A stretch of DNA of 64,000 bases, taken from NCBI GenBank assembly GCA_041648975.1, contig JBAZNZ010000002.1, positions 8,222-72,221 of the forward strand, in the 5' to 3' direction. The translations under genes and the position numbers were made by a program. The DNA is from Candidatus Omnitrophota bacterium (lineage in GTDB: Bacteria > Omnitrophota > Gorgyraeia > 2-01-FULL-45-10). Positions 8,591 to 18,904 of the stretch are shown here, in pieces. The notes under the pieces were generated by a model that worked only from the letters and a program-made list of their open reading frames with translations, did not search any database and was not told the DNA's origin. The number at the start of each line of letters is the position of its first letter. Position 1 is the first letter of the stretch.

Positions 8591-9982
8591 TTATTTTCCG
8601 ATACAGAATTGCTCAAATATCCTATCGAGGATATCATCCGAGACAGACTTGCCGACTATGAGCCCCAGATGATACAGCGCTTCCTTCAAATCGACAGCGA
8701 CCAGCTCGCAGGGCGTTCTCTTTGCAAGCGCCTTCTTAACTGATAGCATATTATCGAGCGCCCTGTCAAGAAGCTCTTTGTGGCGCGCGTTCGCCACTAC
8801 TGCCGATTCGCCCTGGTCATACTCTCCGCTCCATACGGCCCCAAGCAACTCCTTCTCCAGCGTTCCTATATTACGTCTCTTCCCAACCGATATCTCGACT
8901 ATCTTATCATCCTTGAAAAACTTTTTGGCTTTTTTCGCGTCCGTCTTTTTCGGAAGGTCGGATTTGTTTATCACCACTATCTTCTTCTTGCCGAGTGCCA
9001 ATTTTATTATATCCAGGTCTTCTTTTCCGATCGCGGTAGAGCCGTCGAGCACGAGGATCACTATATCCGCGAGATCCAGGTACTTCTTGCTCCGCTTCAC
9101 GCCCTCCTTATCGAGCGCGTCCTTCGCATCGGCTATGCCCGCCGTATCCACAAGCCTGACTGGAACACCTTTAAGGTTTATGACTTCTTCCACAGCGTCT
9201 CTCGTTGTTCCCGGTATAGGAGAGACTATGACCCTGTCCCTGTTCAACAGCAGGTTCATCAGGCTTGATTTGCCGACGTTCGGCTTGCCGCAGATTATCG
9301 CCAGCACCCCTTCCCTTAGCACTGCGCCGCTCCGGTATGTGCGGACAAGATCCTGCAATCCGCGTATAACGCCTTCAACCTTTTTTACCAGCCCGGAATT
9401 CTCTATTATCTCTATGTCTTCTTCCGGAAAATCTATAGAGGCCTCTATCTGCGAGGCTGCATCGATCATGGAATCAAGTATCGCGTTCACCTTATTCGAA
9501 AGTCCGCCGTCAAGCTGGCTCATCGCGACCTTCAGGGATCCTTCGGTCTTGGATCTGATGACGTCCAGGACCGCTTCCGCCTGCGCCAGGTCGAGCCTGC
9601 CGTTAAGGAACGCGCGCTTCGTAAATTCTCCGGGCTCGGCCAGACGCGCCCCGCGTTCCAATATCAGTTCAAGGGCCCTCTTCGCCGCCTGGATTCCTCC
9701 GTGGCAATTTATCTCCACAACATCCTCTTTCGTATAGCTCTTCGGAGCCTTCATAACGGTCAAAAGGACTTCATCAACTACCCTGTTTTTTTCATCTACT
9801 ATGTGGCCGTAATGGACTGTGTAAGTCTTAAATTTGGAAGGCTTATCTTTATCTTTTGAAGCGAATACGGCATCCGCGATCATGAGCGCCTTTGGCCCGC
9901 TGAGCCTGGCTATGCTTATACCTCCCTCGCCTATCGGCGTGGAGAGCGCGGCAATAGTATCGTCTGGACTATTATTTTTCAT
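8591..9982 (-). CDS. mnmE: tRNA modification GTPase MnmE (TrmE)
   Basis: 463 aa. G domain GKPNVGKSSLMNLLL...DTAGI. Ends in the characteristic CIGK tetrapeptide. Confidence 0.9.
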   Translation of the reverse strand: MKNNSPDDTIAALSTPIGEGGISIARLSGPKALMIADAVFASKDKDKPSKFKTYTVHYGHIVDEKNRVVDEVLLTVMKAPKSYTKEDVVEINCHGGIQAAKRALELILERGARLAEPGEFTKRAFLNGRLDLAQAEAVLDVIRSKTEGSLKVAMSQLDGGLSNKVNAILDSMIDAASQIEASIDFPEEDIEIIENSGLVKKVEGVIRGLQDLVRTYRSGAVLREGVLAIICGKPNVGKSSLMNLLLNRDRVIVSPIPGTTRDAVEEVINLKGVPVRLVDTAGIADAKDALDKEGVKRSKKYLDLADIVILVLDGSTAIGKEDLDIIKLALGKKKIVVINKSDLPKKTDAKKAKKFFKDDKIVEISVGKRRNIGTLEKELLGAVWSGEYDQGESAVVANARHKELLDRALDNMLSVKKALAKRTPCELVAVDLKEALYHLGLIVGKSVSDDILDRIFEQFCIGK

Positions 9983-11289
9983 AGGCCGCTTCCCGTCAAT
10001 ATTTCCCGCGCTTCGCCCACCACGAATAGCGAACCCGTTATCAGTATAAGATCTTCTGCTCCGGCCTTTGACTTTGCCTGTCTCACGGCTTCTTCAACAT
10101 TCGAGGTAACAACCGAATTTTTGGATGTTATCAATGCTTTCATCCTTGCCGGGTCGAGCGAGCGTTCGGCAATACGGGACTTTGTCAATACAACAGAATC
10201 CGTTATCGGTAAAAGTTCTTTCAGTATCCCCTCTATGTCTTTGTCGCTTGAAACGCCGAGCGCAAGTATTAATTTTTTATATTTAAATATCGTCTTAACG
10301 GAATCGGCAAGCGCCCTCGCGCTTGCGGCGTTCTGCGCGCCGTCCAGCACGATATGGGGCCTCTTCGACACTACCTCAAGCCTGCCGTCCCACCTGGCGG
10401 AGGCGATCCCGACTCTTATCGCTTTCGGAGATACCGCTATGCCATGATCGCCGAGAGATTCCACGATCCCGACGGCCGTCGCCGCGTTGATGACCTGATG
10501 GGCGCCTAAAAGCTTCGTCTCCAACGCGAGGTATTCGCCCGCCATTCCGGATACATTGAAGACCTCTTTCTCTTCCGCGCTCTCCAGTTCTTTAAATTTT
10601 ATATCTCTTCCGACTACTACCAGCTTTGCGTTTTTGCGTTTGCAGACGTCTTTGATGGTTTCCATCGCCTCTTCTTCCTGCGGCGCGGTAACACATACGA
10701 GGCCATCTTTGATTATCCCGGCTTTTTCATAGGCTATCTCACGGAGCGTATGACCCAATTTATCGGTATGCTCGTAACTTATCGGCGTAATGGCGCAGAC
10801 GAGCGGTTCTATGATATTAGTCGCGTCCAGCCTGCCGCCGAGGCCGACTTCGTAGACTGCAAGATCAACGGCATTTTCCTTGAAATAAAGATAAGCGATG
10901 GCTGTGTAGACCTCAAAAAAGGACGGCGCTTCCGCGCCCATCTCCGACAGCGCGCCCTTTACATTATCCAGAAGCCTTCCCACATCCTCTTCTTTTATGA
11001 AGGCTTCATTTATCCTGATCCTCTCGCAGAAAGACGAAAGGTGAGGAGATGTATAGAGCCCTACTTTAAATCCGGATTTTCTTAATATTGAATATGTTAT
11101 GGCGCAGGTCGAACCTTTACCTTTCGTTCCCGCCACATGGATAGACTTTATGCCTTTTTGCGGATCTCCGAGGAGAGATGAAAGTTTCCTCATCCTGTCT
11201 AATCTAAACGATCTATTATAGTCGTAGCTGTTGAGCTTCTCGTAATTGGTGAATTCGTTAAGGTATTCCAGGGCTTCGGGGTAAGTCAT
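9979..11289 (-). CDS. folC: Folylpolyglutamate synthase / dihydrofolate synthase
   Basis: Mur-ligase P-loop HVAGTKGKGST. FolC family length of 436 aa. Overlaps the mnmE start by 4 bp. Confidence 0.85.
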   Translation of the reverse strand: MTYPEALEYLNEFTNYEKLNSYDYNRSFRLDRMRKLSSLLGDPQKGIKSIHVAGTKGKGSTCAITYSILRKSGFKVGLYTSPHLSSFCERIRINEAFIKEEDVGRLLDNVKGALSEMGAEAPSFFEVYTAIAYLYFKENAVDLAVYEVGLGGRLDATNIIEPLVCAITPISYEHTDKLGHTLREIAYEKAGIIKDGLVCVTAPQEEEAMETIKDVCKRKNAKLVVVGRDIKFKELESAEEKEVFNVSGMAGEYLALETKLLGAHQVINAATAVGIVESLGDHGIAVSPKAIRVGIASARWDGRLEVVSKRPHIVLDGAQNAASARALADSVKTIFKYKKLILALGVSSDKDIEGILKELLPITDSVVLTKSRIAERSLDPARMKALITSKNSVVTSNVEEAVRQAKSKAGAEDLILITGSLFVVGEAREILTGSGL

Positions 11290-11298
11290 GGGATAAGA

Positions 11299-11386
11299 TA
11301 GTTACCAGTTACCAGTTACCAGTTACCAGAATAGTCAAACTGCCACTTTTCTTTTCTGGTTACTTCCTTTCTGGTTTCTGGTTACT
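11299..11386. repeat. Inverted arrays of AGTTACC heptamer repeats (x4 and x3) between the purH stop and the folC start
   Basis: 11299-11329 reads AGTTACCAGTTACCAGTTACCAGTTACCAGa. 11355-11386 reads tCTGGTTACttcctttCTGGTTTCTGGTTACt, the complementary units. Confidence 0.8.
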
Positions 11387-11393
11387 ATTGTTT

Positions 11394-13028
11394 TTAATGC
11401 TTAAAATGCCGTACTCCCGTAAAGACCATTGCTATGCCGAGTTTGTCGGCCATCTTTATGACCTCCGCGTCCCGTATCGATCCGCCCGGCTGTATTATGG
11501 CCTTGGCGCCGGCTTGCGCTGCCTGCTCGATCCCGTCTTCTTTAGGGAAGAACGCGTCGCTGGCGAGCGTGGAATCCTTCGACTTTGCTCCCGCCTTTTC
11601 AGCGGCGATCTTGACAGAAACCACCCTGGACATCTGTCCGGCTCCTACGCCAACTGTCTTCGTGCCCTGGCACAACACTATCGCGTTGGATTTGACGTGT
11701 TTGGCGACCACCCATCCGAAAAGCAGCGACTCTATCTGAGCTTTTGTCGGCTTGGCTTTGGTGACAACCTTAAGATCGGACTCTTTGATATGCGCCAGGT
11801 CCCTGTCCTGGATAAGAATGCCTCCCACGACCTTCTTCATGTCCCTATCCGGAGCGCCTGGTCTTGAGCCGAATCCTTCGACAAGCTCAGGATTCGGCCC
11901 TGAGCCTGTCGAAGGGCCAAAATTCTTCACTTCCAGAAGGCGCAGGTTCTTTTTTGTCCGCAATGCATCGAGCGCCCCTTTTTCATACGACGGCGCTATT
12001 ATGCATTCGACAAAATCAGCTTCCTTGAGGATGGTATTCGCCACCTCTATATCCACAGGGCGGTTGAACCCGACGATGCTTCCGAAAGCGCTGAGACGAT
12101 CGCAATCAAGCGCGTCTATGTAAGCCTGCTTCAGGGTTTTGGCAACGGCCGTCCCGCAAGGGTTGGTGTGCTTTATTATGGCCGCGGCAGGCGCTTCGAA
12201 TTCTTTCACTATTTCAAGGGCCGCATTAAGATCGATTATGTTATTAAAAGAAAGCTCTTTGCCGTGAAGTTGCGCCGCGCAGGAGACGCTTGGCTCATTG
12301 GCCGCTTCATCTTTATAAAATGCCGCCTTCTGGTGCGGGTTCTCTCCGTATCTCAGGTCCTGAAGTTTTTTGAATTTTAAATCGAGCGCCTGCGGGAAAT
12401 CTTCGTCCTGGCCATCGGCCCCTTGCCCTTTCAGATATGCGTATATCGCCGCGTCGTAACACGACGTCTTCTGGAATACCTTCACTCCCAGTTCGACTAA
12501 AAGGTCCTCCGATACGCTGCCGTTTCGCTTCTCCATCTCTTCGATGACCCTCTTATAATCGGCGACATCGCACACTACACATACGCTCCTGTGGTTCTTT
12601 GCCGCGCTTCTCAGCATTGAAGGCCCGCCGATGTCTATATTCTCTATCGCCTCTTCAAGTTTAGTGCCCGGCTTCGCTACCGTCTTCTCGAAAGGATAGA
12701 GATTGACGACAACCATATCTATAAGGCCGATCCCATACTTCTTAACGGTCTCCATGTGTTCTTTGTTATCGCGCAGCGCCAACAGCCCGCCGTGGACCTT
12801 CGGATGAAGCGTCTTCACCCTGCCGTCGAGCATCTCGGGAAAACCCGTATGCTCGGAAACGTCTTTTACGTTAATACCGAGAGCCCTTATGGCCTTAGCC
12901 GTCCCGCCCGTCGATAGTATCTCAACGCCGAATTTATTCAAAACCTTTGCAAGATCCTCCAGACCGGACTTATCCGACACGCTTATGAGCGCCCTGTTAA
13001 TCTTCACGTTAACTCCTCCTTGCCTCAT
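11394..13028 (-). CDS. purH: Bifunctional AICAR transformylase / IMP cyclohydrolase
   Basis: N-terminal MGS-like domain [12 protein letters not shown]...ILSTGGTAK followed by the AICARFT domain. 544 aa. Confidence 0.9.
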   Translation of the reverse strand: MRQGGVNVKINRALISVSDKSGLEDLAKVLNKFGVEILSTGGTAKAIRALGINVKDVSEHTGFPEMLDGRVKTLHPKVHGGLLALRDNKEHMETVKKYGIGLIDMVVVNLYPFEKTVAKPGTKLEEAIENIDIGGPSMLRSAAKNHRSVCVVCDVADYKRVIEEMEKRNGSVSEDLLVELGVKVFQKTSCYDAAIYAYLKGQGADGQDEDFPQALDLKFKKLQDLRYGENPHQKAAFYKDEAANEPSVSCAAQLHGKELSFNNIIDLNAALEIVKEFEAPAAAIIKHTNPCGTAVAKTLKQAYIDALDCDRLSAFGSIVGFNRPVDIEVANTILKEADFVECIIAPSYEKGALDALRTKKNLRLLEVKNFGPSTGSGPNPELVEGFGSRPGAPDRDMKKVVGGILIQDRDLAHIKESDLKVVTKAKPTKAQIESLLFGWVVAKHVKSNAIVLCQGTKTVGVGAGQMSRVVSVKIAAEKAGAKSKDSTLASDAFFPKEDGIEQAAQAGAKAIIQPGGSIRDAEVIKMADKLGIAMVFTGVRHFKH

Positions 13029-13786
13029 TTTTTCGCTGCTTTGCCCTGGTTTGCGACTGCGTCCATAGCCTTTTTCACCTCTTCGGGATCACCGAGATAA
13101 TAACTCTTTAACGGTTTCAGATTATCATCAAGTTCATATACTAACGGAAGTCCTGTAGGGATATTCATCCCTACGATATCTTTGTCGGAAACATTATCCA
13201 GATATTTTACCAGCGCCCTTAACGAATTCCCGTGCGCCGCTATTATGATCCTCTTGCCGGATTTCACCGCGGGCGCGATAGCCTCATGCCAGTAAGGCAG
13301 GAACCGCGCGACTGTATCCTTAAGACATTCCGTAAGAGGCGCATCCTTTTCAGCCAGGTCTTTGTAGCGCGGGTCTTTGGCCGGGTTCCTCGGGTCTTTC
13401 TTCTCCAGGGCCGGCGGACGGACGTCGTAACTCCGCCTCCAGATAAGAACCTGTTCTTCCCCGTATTTCGAGGCCATCTCCGATTTGTTCAATCCCTGCA
13501 GCGCGCCGTAGTGCCTCTCGTTCAGCCTCCAGGAATTATAGACCGGTATCCACATAAGGTCCATCTCATCAAGGGTGACCCACAATGTCCGAATGGCCCT
13601 TTTCAATACGGATGTGTACGCGGCGTCGAATACAAACCCCTCTTTCTTGAGCGCCTGGCCGCCTTTTTTCGCTTCAGCCATGCCCTTTTCGGAGAGGTCG
13701 ACGTCCGTCCATCCGGTAAAGCGGTTCTCCTTATTCCATACGCTTTCGCCGTGTCTCAGCAGCACCAATCTCTTCATCGTAGTCAT
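13025..13786 (-). CDS. gpmA: 2,3-bisphosphoglycerate-dependent phosphoglycerate mutase
   Basis: [27 protein letters not shown] histidine-phosphatase motif. 253 aa. Confidence 0.9.
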   Translation of the reverse strand: MTTMKRLVLLRHGESVWNKENRFTGWTDVDLSEKGMAEAKKGGQALKKEGFVFDAAYTSVLKRAIRTLWVTLDEMDLMWIPVYNSWRLNERHYGALQGLNKSEMASKYGEEQVLIWRRSYDVRPPALEKKDPRNPAKDPRYKDLAEKDAPLTECLKDTVARFLPYWHEAIAPAVKSGKRIIIAAHGNSLRALVKYLDNVSDKDIVGMNIPTGLPLVYELDDNLKPLKSYYLGDPEEVKKAMDAVANQGKAAKK

Positions 13787-13871
13787 CCTTTCGATTAATT
13801 TTCAAAAATTATTGTATCACAAAAGTATTCATATGAAGAGTAAAATATTTTATTGTTTGGTGGTAAATAAT

Positions 13872-14996
13872 CTACAGCAGCGCGCTGGAAACGGTGTCAC
13901 AGAAGAGGAATCCTTTTCGTTTGAGGCATATGCCGGTTGGAACATTATTATCCTTTTTGTACTTAATAAGTCCTTTTTCAATAAGCTCTGCGATGGCATT
14001 TCTTTCGATCTTATTAAAATCGTAACCAGTCTTTGCCGTGAACCATTCAAAATCGATTCCGCCTTTAGTCCTGATCTTCACGGCTGCGGTCTCTTTCGCC
14101 GTTTCAAGCGGAGGAAGCTTCTCGCTAAAATCCGTAAGGTCGTTGCCATTCTCCGCCCTGATTATATAATCTTTTATGCCCGACACATTCTTCTTCCTTA
14201 CCCCGCCGATGTATGAGAACGCCGAAGGGCCCAACCCCAGATACTGACCATTATCCCAGTAGTTAAGATTATGCTTTGACTCACATCCTTCGAGCGCGAA
14301 GTTAGAGACCTCATACTGCTTGAAGCCTCTCAGGCTGAGCATGTCTATGGCCAGCTCATACATCCCCGCGACAGACTCGTCCTCCAGCGGCGTAATGCTT
14401 TTATTGGATGCGGCAAAAAATAGAGGGGTGCCTTTTTCGTAGGTCAGTTCGTAGCAGGAGACGTGAGTTACGGGAAGCTTTGCCGCTTCTTCCAGCTCCT
14501 TTTTCCATCTCTCCGCGCTTTCGCCCCAAAGCCCGAATATGAGATCGATGCTTACATTCTTGAATCCTCTCTTAGCGGCGAGATGGACCGATTCAACAGC
14601 CTTTCTGCTATTATGTATCCTGCCTATCTTTTTTAGTTTCCGGTCATCGATTGATTGCATCCCAATGCTAATACGGTTTACGCCTGAATCCAGCATGATC
14701 ATAACCCTTTCCTCGTCAAGGCTTTCCGGATTGGCTTCAACTGTAAATTCGGAAACATTTTTGACAAGCGGTTTAAGGCTTTTCAGCATCTTTTCGAAGA
14801 GACATGTGCTTAACGCCGTGGGGGTCCCCCCTCCTATATATATACTAGAAATATTATATTCGAGTTGCTGAATTTGTGATGCCAGTGCATCCATGTACGA
14901 AGAGGCAACCTCCTCTTCATAAATATCACTATAAAAGTTGCAGTAGACGCACTTCCTTTTACAAAACGGTACATGAATATATAATGAGGTTACCAT
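13872..14996 (-). CDS. hemW: Radical SAM HemW/HemN-like haem chaperone (oxygen-independent coproporphyrinogen oxidase-like)
   Basis: CxxxCxxC motif in LYIHVPFCKRKCVYCNF. HemN family length of 374 aa. Confidence 0.8.
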   Translation of the reverse strand: MVTSLYIHVPFCKRKCVYCNFYSDIYEEEVASSYMDALASQIQQLEYNISSIYIGGGTPTALSTCLFEKMLKSLKPLVKNVSEFTVEANPESLDEERVMIMLDSGVNRISIGMQSIDDRKLKKIGRIHNSRKAVESVHLAAKRGFKNVSIDLIFGLWGESAERWKKELEEAAKLPVTHVSCYELTYEKGTPLFFAASNKSITPLEDESVAGMYELAIDMLSLRGFKQYEVSNFALEGCESKHNLNYWDNGQYLGLGPSAFSYIGGVRKKNVSGIKDYIIRAENGNDLTDFSEKLPPLETAKETAAVKIRTKGGIDFEWFTAKTGYDFNKIERNAIAELIEKGLIKYKKDNNVPTGICLKRKGFLFCDTVSSALL

Positions 14997-15043
14997 GAGA
15001 TATATTATAGAGGAAATAACCGCAGAATTCTATTCATAAAAAA

Positions 15044-15077
15044 AGCGAGGGGACGTCTTAAAACGCCCCCTCGATGA
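15044..15077 (-). terminator. Intrinsic terminator downstream of the 15098..15778 membrane-protein gene
   Basis: GC hairpin GAGGGGACGTCTTAAAACGCCCCCTC, followed on the minus strand by a T run (plus strand shows AAAAAAA upstream). Confidence 0.6.
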
Positions 15078-15097
15078 AAAAATAAATCCTGACTATC

Positions 15098-15778
15098 TTA
15101 TTTCTTCAGGTTATCGACAATATCCTTAACGAACTTGCCGGCGATATCCTTGCAGCCAAGACCGAACGCGATCGCTATGCCCAGGCCGATCGACACCAAT
15201 ATCACATTCACTGCAAGCACTATCAGAGTCGACGCTATCTTCAGCTGTTCAATGGCTATAATGATCGCAAATATCACAATGACCATGTGCGTCACTTTAG
15301 CCAACAGCTTTGCCTTGTTTATACCGGCATTGCCGGCAGCCGTACGCACTATAGTAGCTATGAAATTAGCCAGGAAAGCCCCTACGATCATGATGAATAT
15401 CGCGCCTAACAGGTTCGGCACGTATTCCACGAGCTTTGCCACAAGATCAGCGGCGATAGTTAGATTAAGCGTCCCTAAAGCCGTCGCCAACACTATCAAT
15501 ACGATGACCCAGTATATCACCGCCCCTATCAATTCGGACAGGGTTATCTTGATATCGCCGTGCGCCAGTACATTGGATATGCCTGCCTTATCGCTCGCCG
15601 AATCAAGCTGCGCGGCTTTAAGCACTCTTATAACTACCGCCTCTAACAACTTAGCGATAAGCCAGCCTATTACTAAAATAAAGATGGCGCCCGCTATAGT
15701 GGGTACGTAACTCCATACCCTCACCAGCATGGCCTTAACAGGATCGACCACAACAAACGTCAACCATTCCATACACAC
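15098..15778 (-). CDS. Polytopic membrane protein with repeated conserved-TM-helix segments (MscS-related N-terminal type)
   Basis: 226 aa with repeated hydrophobic helices. No catalytic motif seen. Confidence 0.45.
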   Translation of the reverse strand: MCMEWLTFVVVDPVKAMLVRVWSYVPTIAGAIFILVIGWLIAKLLEAVVIRVLKAAQLDSASDKAGISNVLAHGDIKITLSELIGAVIYWVIVLIVLATALGTLNLTIAADLVAKLVEYVPNLLGAIFIMIVGAFLANFIATIVRTAAGNAGINKAKLLAKVTHMVIVIFAIIIAIEQLKIASTLIVLAVNVILVSIGLGIAIAFGLGCKDIAGKFVKDIVDNLKK

Positions 15779-15925
15779 CTCCCCTTTTAAAGCTCTCGTC
15801 CGTCAAGATCGACAGCCGAAAGCCACCCCTTTTACGATCTTATGGTATATATTATTAAAAGTTTACCACAAAATCCGTTTTTGGCAAGGGTGGAAGGAAA
15901 AATTTTCCCGTTCGGGGCGCGGATC

Positions 15926-18310
15926 TTATCCGCACTTTGAATAACCGCAGGACTTGCAGATCATACACCCTTCGACATGCCATAAGGCGCTTCCGCAGTC
16001 CGGACATACGCCGACTATATTACCGGTCTTGGATTTTACGGCCTGCCCGCCTGTAATCGCCCCACCGGGCAGGCGGGCCTGCCCGCCTGACATTGCCCCC
16101 TCGGGCAGGCGGGCCTTTGCCACTCCTCCGGACCCTTCGGACGCTATCTGGGCGCTATTTTGGCCTGCTTGCGGCGCCGCAGTATCGGTCTCAGGCGCCT
16201 TTTTAGCCTTCTCATCCTGCATCCTTCTCTCTATAACGCGCGCTATGGCGTCGCTGCAGGAGAATATCCTGCCGCCTTTTTCCCAGCTGGGCGACGGGCA
16301 CCTTATCCCGCGAAGCTGCTCGATGATGGAATTCGTATCTATCCCGCTCCTGAAGGCCAGAGAAACGAGCCTTCCGATAGCCTCGAGTTGGCTCATCGCG
16401 CATCCGCCGGCCTTACCCATGGAGGTAAAGAGCTCAAACGGCAGGCTCTTTTCATCTACATTTATCGTGACATAGAGATTTCCGCATCCTGTAGCTATCT
16501 TGGTCGTAGTGCCGGTTATGACATTAGGCCTTGGCCGCGGCACTATCTTCGTTTCGGAAGGCGCTTTTATATCAGGCGCAGCTGATCCGGATATATTCAA
16601 TACCTGCTCTTCCCTGGATTTATCCCTGTAAATAGTCACGCCTTTGCAGCCGGTTTCATATGCCAGCATATATATAGAGTAGACGTCCTCCGTGGTAGCT
16701 TCGGTGGGAAGATTGACTGTCTTTGATACCGCGTTATTCGTGTACTTCTGGAAAGCCGCCTGCATCTTTATATGCCAGACGGCTTCTATGTCATGAGCCG
16801 TAACAAAAAGCTTCTGGGCGTCTTCCGGCACCTGGTCGAGTCCCCTGACAGTTCCCTTTTCCGCGATAATATTCATAAGTTCCGTTGAATAGAAGGACCT
16901 CTTTTCGGCTACTTCTTCAAAATAAGGATGGACTTCCACGAATTTCGTATTGTCCAGTATGTTCCTTATGTAGGAAATAGCGAATACAGGCTCTATACCG
17001 CTGGAACAATTGGCAATGATAGATAAAGTCCCTGTCGGCGCTATAGTCGTAAGCGTTGCGTTCCTGAGCGGCCTCGCGCCCGGCACATCGTATATGCTTC
17101 CGCGGAAATTCTGGAAAGCCCCTCTCTCTGCGGCCAGGTTCCGGGAAGCGGCCTGCGAAGTCTCCAGTATGAACTTCATTATCTTTTCAGCCATCTGTGT
17201 AGCGTTCTCCGAATCGTAGCTCACCCCTAACATCAGGAGCATGTCGGCGAAACCCATTACGCCGAGGCCGATCTTACGATTCGATTTGGTCGTATCCTCT
17301 ATCCTCTTCAGGGGATAGCAGTTCATGTCTATGACATTGTCAAGGAAGTGGACAGCCTTTATTACGGTATTTCCCAGCTTTTTCCAATCTATCTCGCCGG
17401 AGGATATCATCCTGGCTAAATTTATGGATCCCAGATTGCAGCTTTCATACGGAAGAAGAGGCTGTTCCCCGCAAGGATTGGTCGATTCTATCTCACCCGC
17501 CTTCGGCGTCGGGTTATCCCTGTTGATCCTGTCTATAAAGACTATCCCCGGCTCACCGTTCTTCCATGCCATTCTTATTATCAGGTCCAGCACCTTCCTC
17601 GCGTTCAATTTCTGCACGCATTTCTTTGTGTGAGGATCGATGAGATCGTAATCTTCACCCTTTATGGCCCTCTTTATGAAATCCTCGGTGATCGCCACCG
17701 AGATATTAAAATTGGTTATCTCCTTGTCGCTCTCTTTACACGTCACGAACTCGATTATATCCGGATGATCCACCCTCAGGATGCCCATGTTGGCGCCCCT
17801 GCGCGTCCCGCCCTGCTTGACCGCCTGGGTCGCGGAATTGAAGACCTTCATAAAAGATACCGGACCGCTTGATATGCCGCCCGTTGACCGTACCGGAGAA
17901 TTTTTTGCGCGCAGCCTGGAAAAAGAAAAACCGGTGCCTCCGCCGGATTTATGTATGAGGGCCGTATCTTTGATCGTCCCGAATATCGACTCCATCGAGT
18001 CATCTATGGACAGGACAAAACAGGCCGATAACTGCTGGAGATCCCTGCCCGCGTTCATCAGCGTGGGAGAATTCGGAAGGAATTCCAGGTTAGCCATCAT
18101 ATCGAAAAATTCGCGCTCGGCGCGCGCGACCTGCTCATCCGTTTTTCCGTAGTACTTATCGGCCGTCGCTATGTTCGACGCTACCCGGTGGAACAACTCC
18201 TCGGGCGTCTCTATGACCTTACCGTCGTCATCCCTTTTCAGGTACCTCTTCTCTAATACCTTCCTGGCGCTTTCCGACAACGCCGCCTTTCCGCCGCTCT
18301 TCTCTTCCAT
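15926..18310 (-). CDS. nrdJ: Adenosylcobalamin-dependent (class II) ribonucleotide reductase
   Basis: 794 aa. RNR catalytic core present (e.g. PCGEQPLLPYESCNLGSINL). C-terminal zinc ribbon CPDCGSALWHVEGCMICKSCGYSKCG, typical of monomeric NrdJ. Confidence 0.9.
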   Translation of the reverse strand: MEEKSGGKAALSESARKVLEKRYLKRDDDGKVIETPEELFHRVASNIATADKYYGKTDEQVARAEREFFDMMANLEFLPNSPTLMNAGRDLQQLSACFVLSIDDSMESIFGTIKDTALIHKSGGGTGFSFSRLRAKNSPVRSTGGISSGPVSFMKVFNSATQAVKQGGTRRGANMGILRVDHPDIIEFVTCKESDKEITNFNISVAITEDFIKRAIKGEDYDLIDPHTKKCVQKLNARKVLDLIIRMAWKNGEPGIVFIDRINRDNPTPKAGEIESTNPCGEQPLLPYESCNLGSINLARMISSGEIDWKKLGNTVIKAVHFLDNVIDMNCYPLKRIEDTTKSNRKIGLGVMGFADMLLMLGVSYDSENATQMAEKIMKFILETSQAASRNLAAERGAFQNFRGSIYDVPGARPLRNATLTTIAPTGTLSIIANCSSGIEPVFAISYIRNILDNTKFVEVHPYFEEVAEKRSFYSTELMNIIAEKGTVRGLDQVPEDAQKLFVTAHDIEAVWHIKMQAAFQKYTNNAVSKTVNLPTEATTEDVYSIYMLAYETGCKGVTIYRDKSREEQVLNISGSAAPDIKAPSETKIVPRPRPNVITGTTTKIATGCGNLYVTINVDEKSLPFELFTSMGKAGGCAMSQLEAIGRLVSLAFRSGIDTNSIIEQLRGIRCPSPSWEKGGRIFSCSDAIARVIERRMQDEKAKKAPETDTAAPQAGQNSAQIASEGSGGVAKARLPEGAMSGGQARLPGGAITGGQAVKSKTGNIVGVCPDCGSALWHVEGCMICKSCGYSKCG

Positions 18311-18424
18311 CTTATATTCTCCTATAAAATGATCGCTGTTTCTTGAATAAAATTATAAAAAAATACCGGAATATCGCTTTCCGGTCTTAGAATATACCAT
18401 ACATGACGTAATAAGTCAAGGGGA

Positions 18425-18471
18425 ATACTATATATTGTGTTTTTCATGAGTGATGACACTATTAGTAGGGG
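18425..18471. promoter_or_regulatory. Candidate NrdR-box pair upstream of nrdJ
   Basis: 18425-18440 ATACTATATATTGTGT matches the NrdR box consensus acaCwAtATaTwGtgt at 15 of 16 positions. A weaker second box ACACTATTAGTAGGGG (18456-18471) lies with its centre 31 bp away, the usual two-box geometry. Confidence 0.5.
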
Positions 18472-18599
18472 CCTGTCTCCGGCGAGATTTTATGATCTAT
18501 TTATGAATTCTTATTATTAAAATATAAAAGCCCGTGGTTTTAGTTCGATATCTCGCGTATCTAACAAATACCAAGGGCTCATTATTATAATTGTGAACT

Positions 18600-18806
18600 T
18601 TATTTTTTTTCTTCTTTTTTAAAAGCCTGTTCGTCTTTCATCTCGCTCACTCCGGCTATCACGGCTATGGCTCCCGCGAATATCATTATGGCTGGAACGA
18701 TGCCTTTCAAGACAAGCATCGTCAAACCCCACCATCTGACCAGCCCTAACAGACCAAGAAGTGCGACAACGGCTCCGATAATCACGCTTAGATACTTACC
18801 CATCAT
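18600..18806 (-). CDS. Small two-helix membrane protein
   Basis: 68 aa, two hydrophobic helices and a Lys/Glu-rich C-terminus. Confidence 0.4.
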   Translation of the reverse strand: MMGKYLSVIIGAVVALLGLLGLVRWWGLTMLVLKGIVPAIMIFAGAIAVIAGVSEMKDEQAFKKEEKK

Positions 18807-18904
18807 CTCACCCCTCCTTTCTGATCGATCGCGAAAAAATTATATCACGCCGCAATTTCTGTTGCAAGAAAAAAGATTAAAAAAAATTTTCTGCTACTAC
18901 TATT

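Noticed and set aside
8778-9737. Long antisense ORFs, for example 8778..9737 (+) opposite mnmE, 19342..19977 (+) opposite the GT2 gene, 15135..15710 (+), 39673..40539 (+) and 40920..41801 (+)
   Set aside because: They overlap well-supported genes on the opposite strand and have low-complexity Ser/Pro/Arg-rich translations. They are shadow ORFs.
18311-18599. Cobalamin riboswitch upstream of B12-dependent nrdJ
   Set aside because: No B12-box-like sequence is visible. The region is better explained by NrdR boxes.
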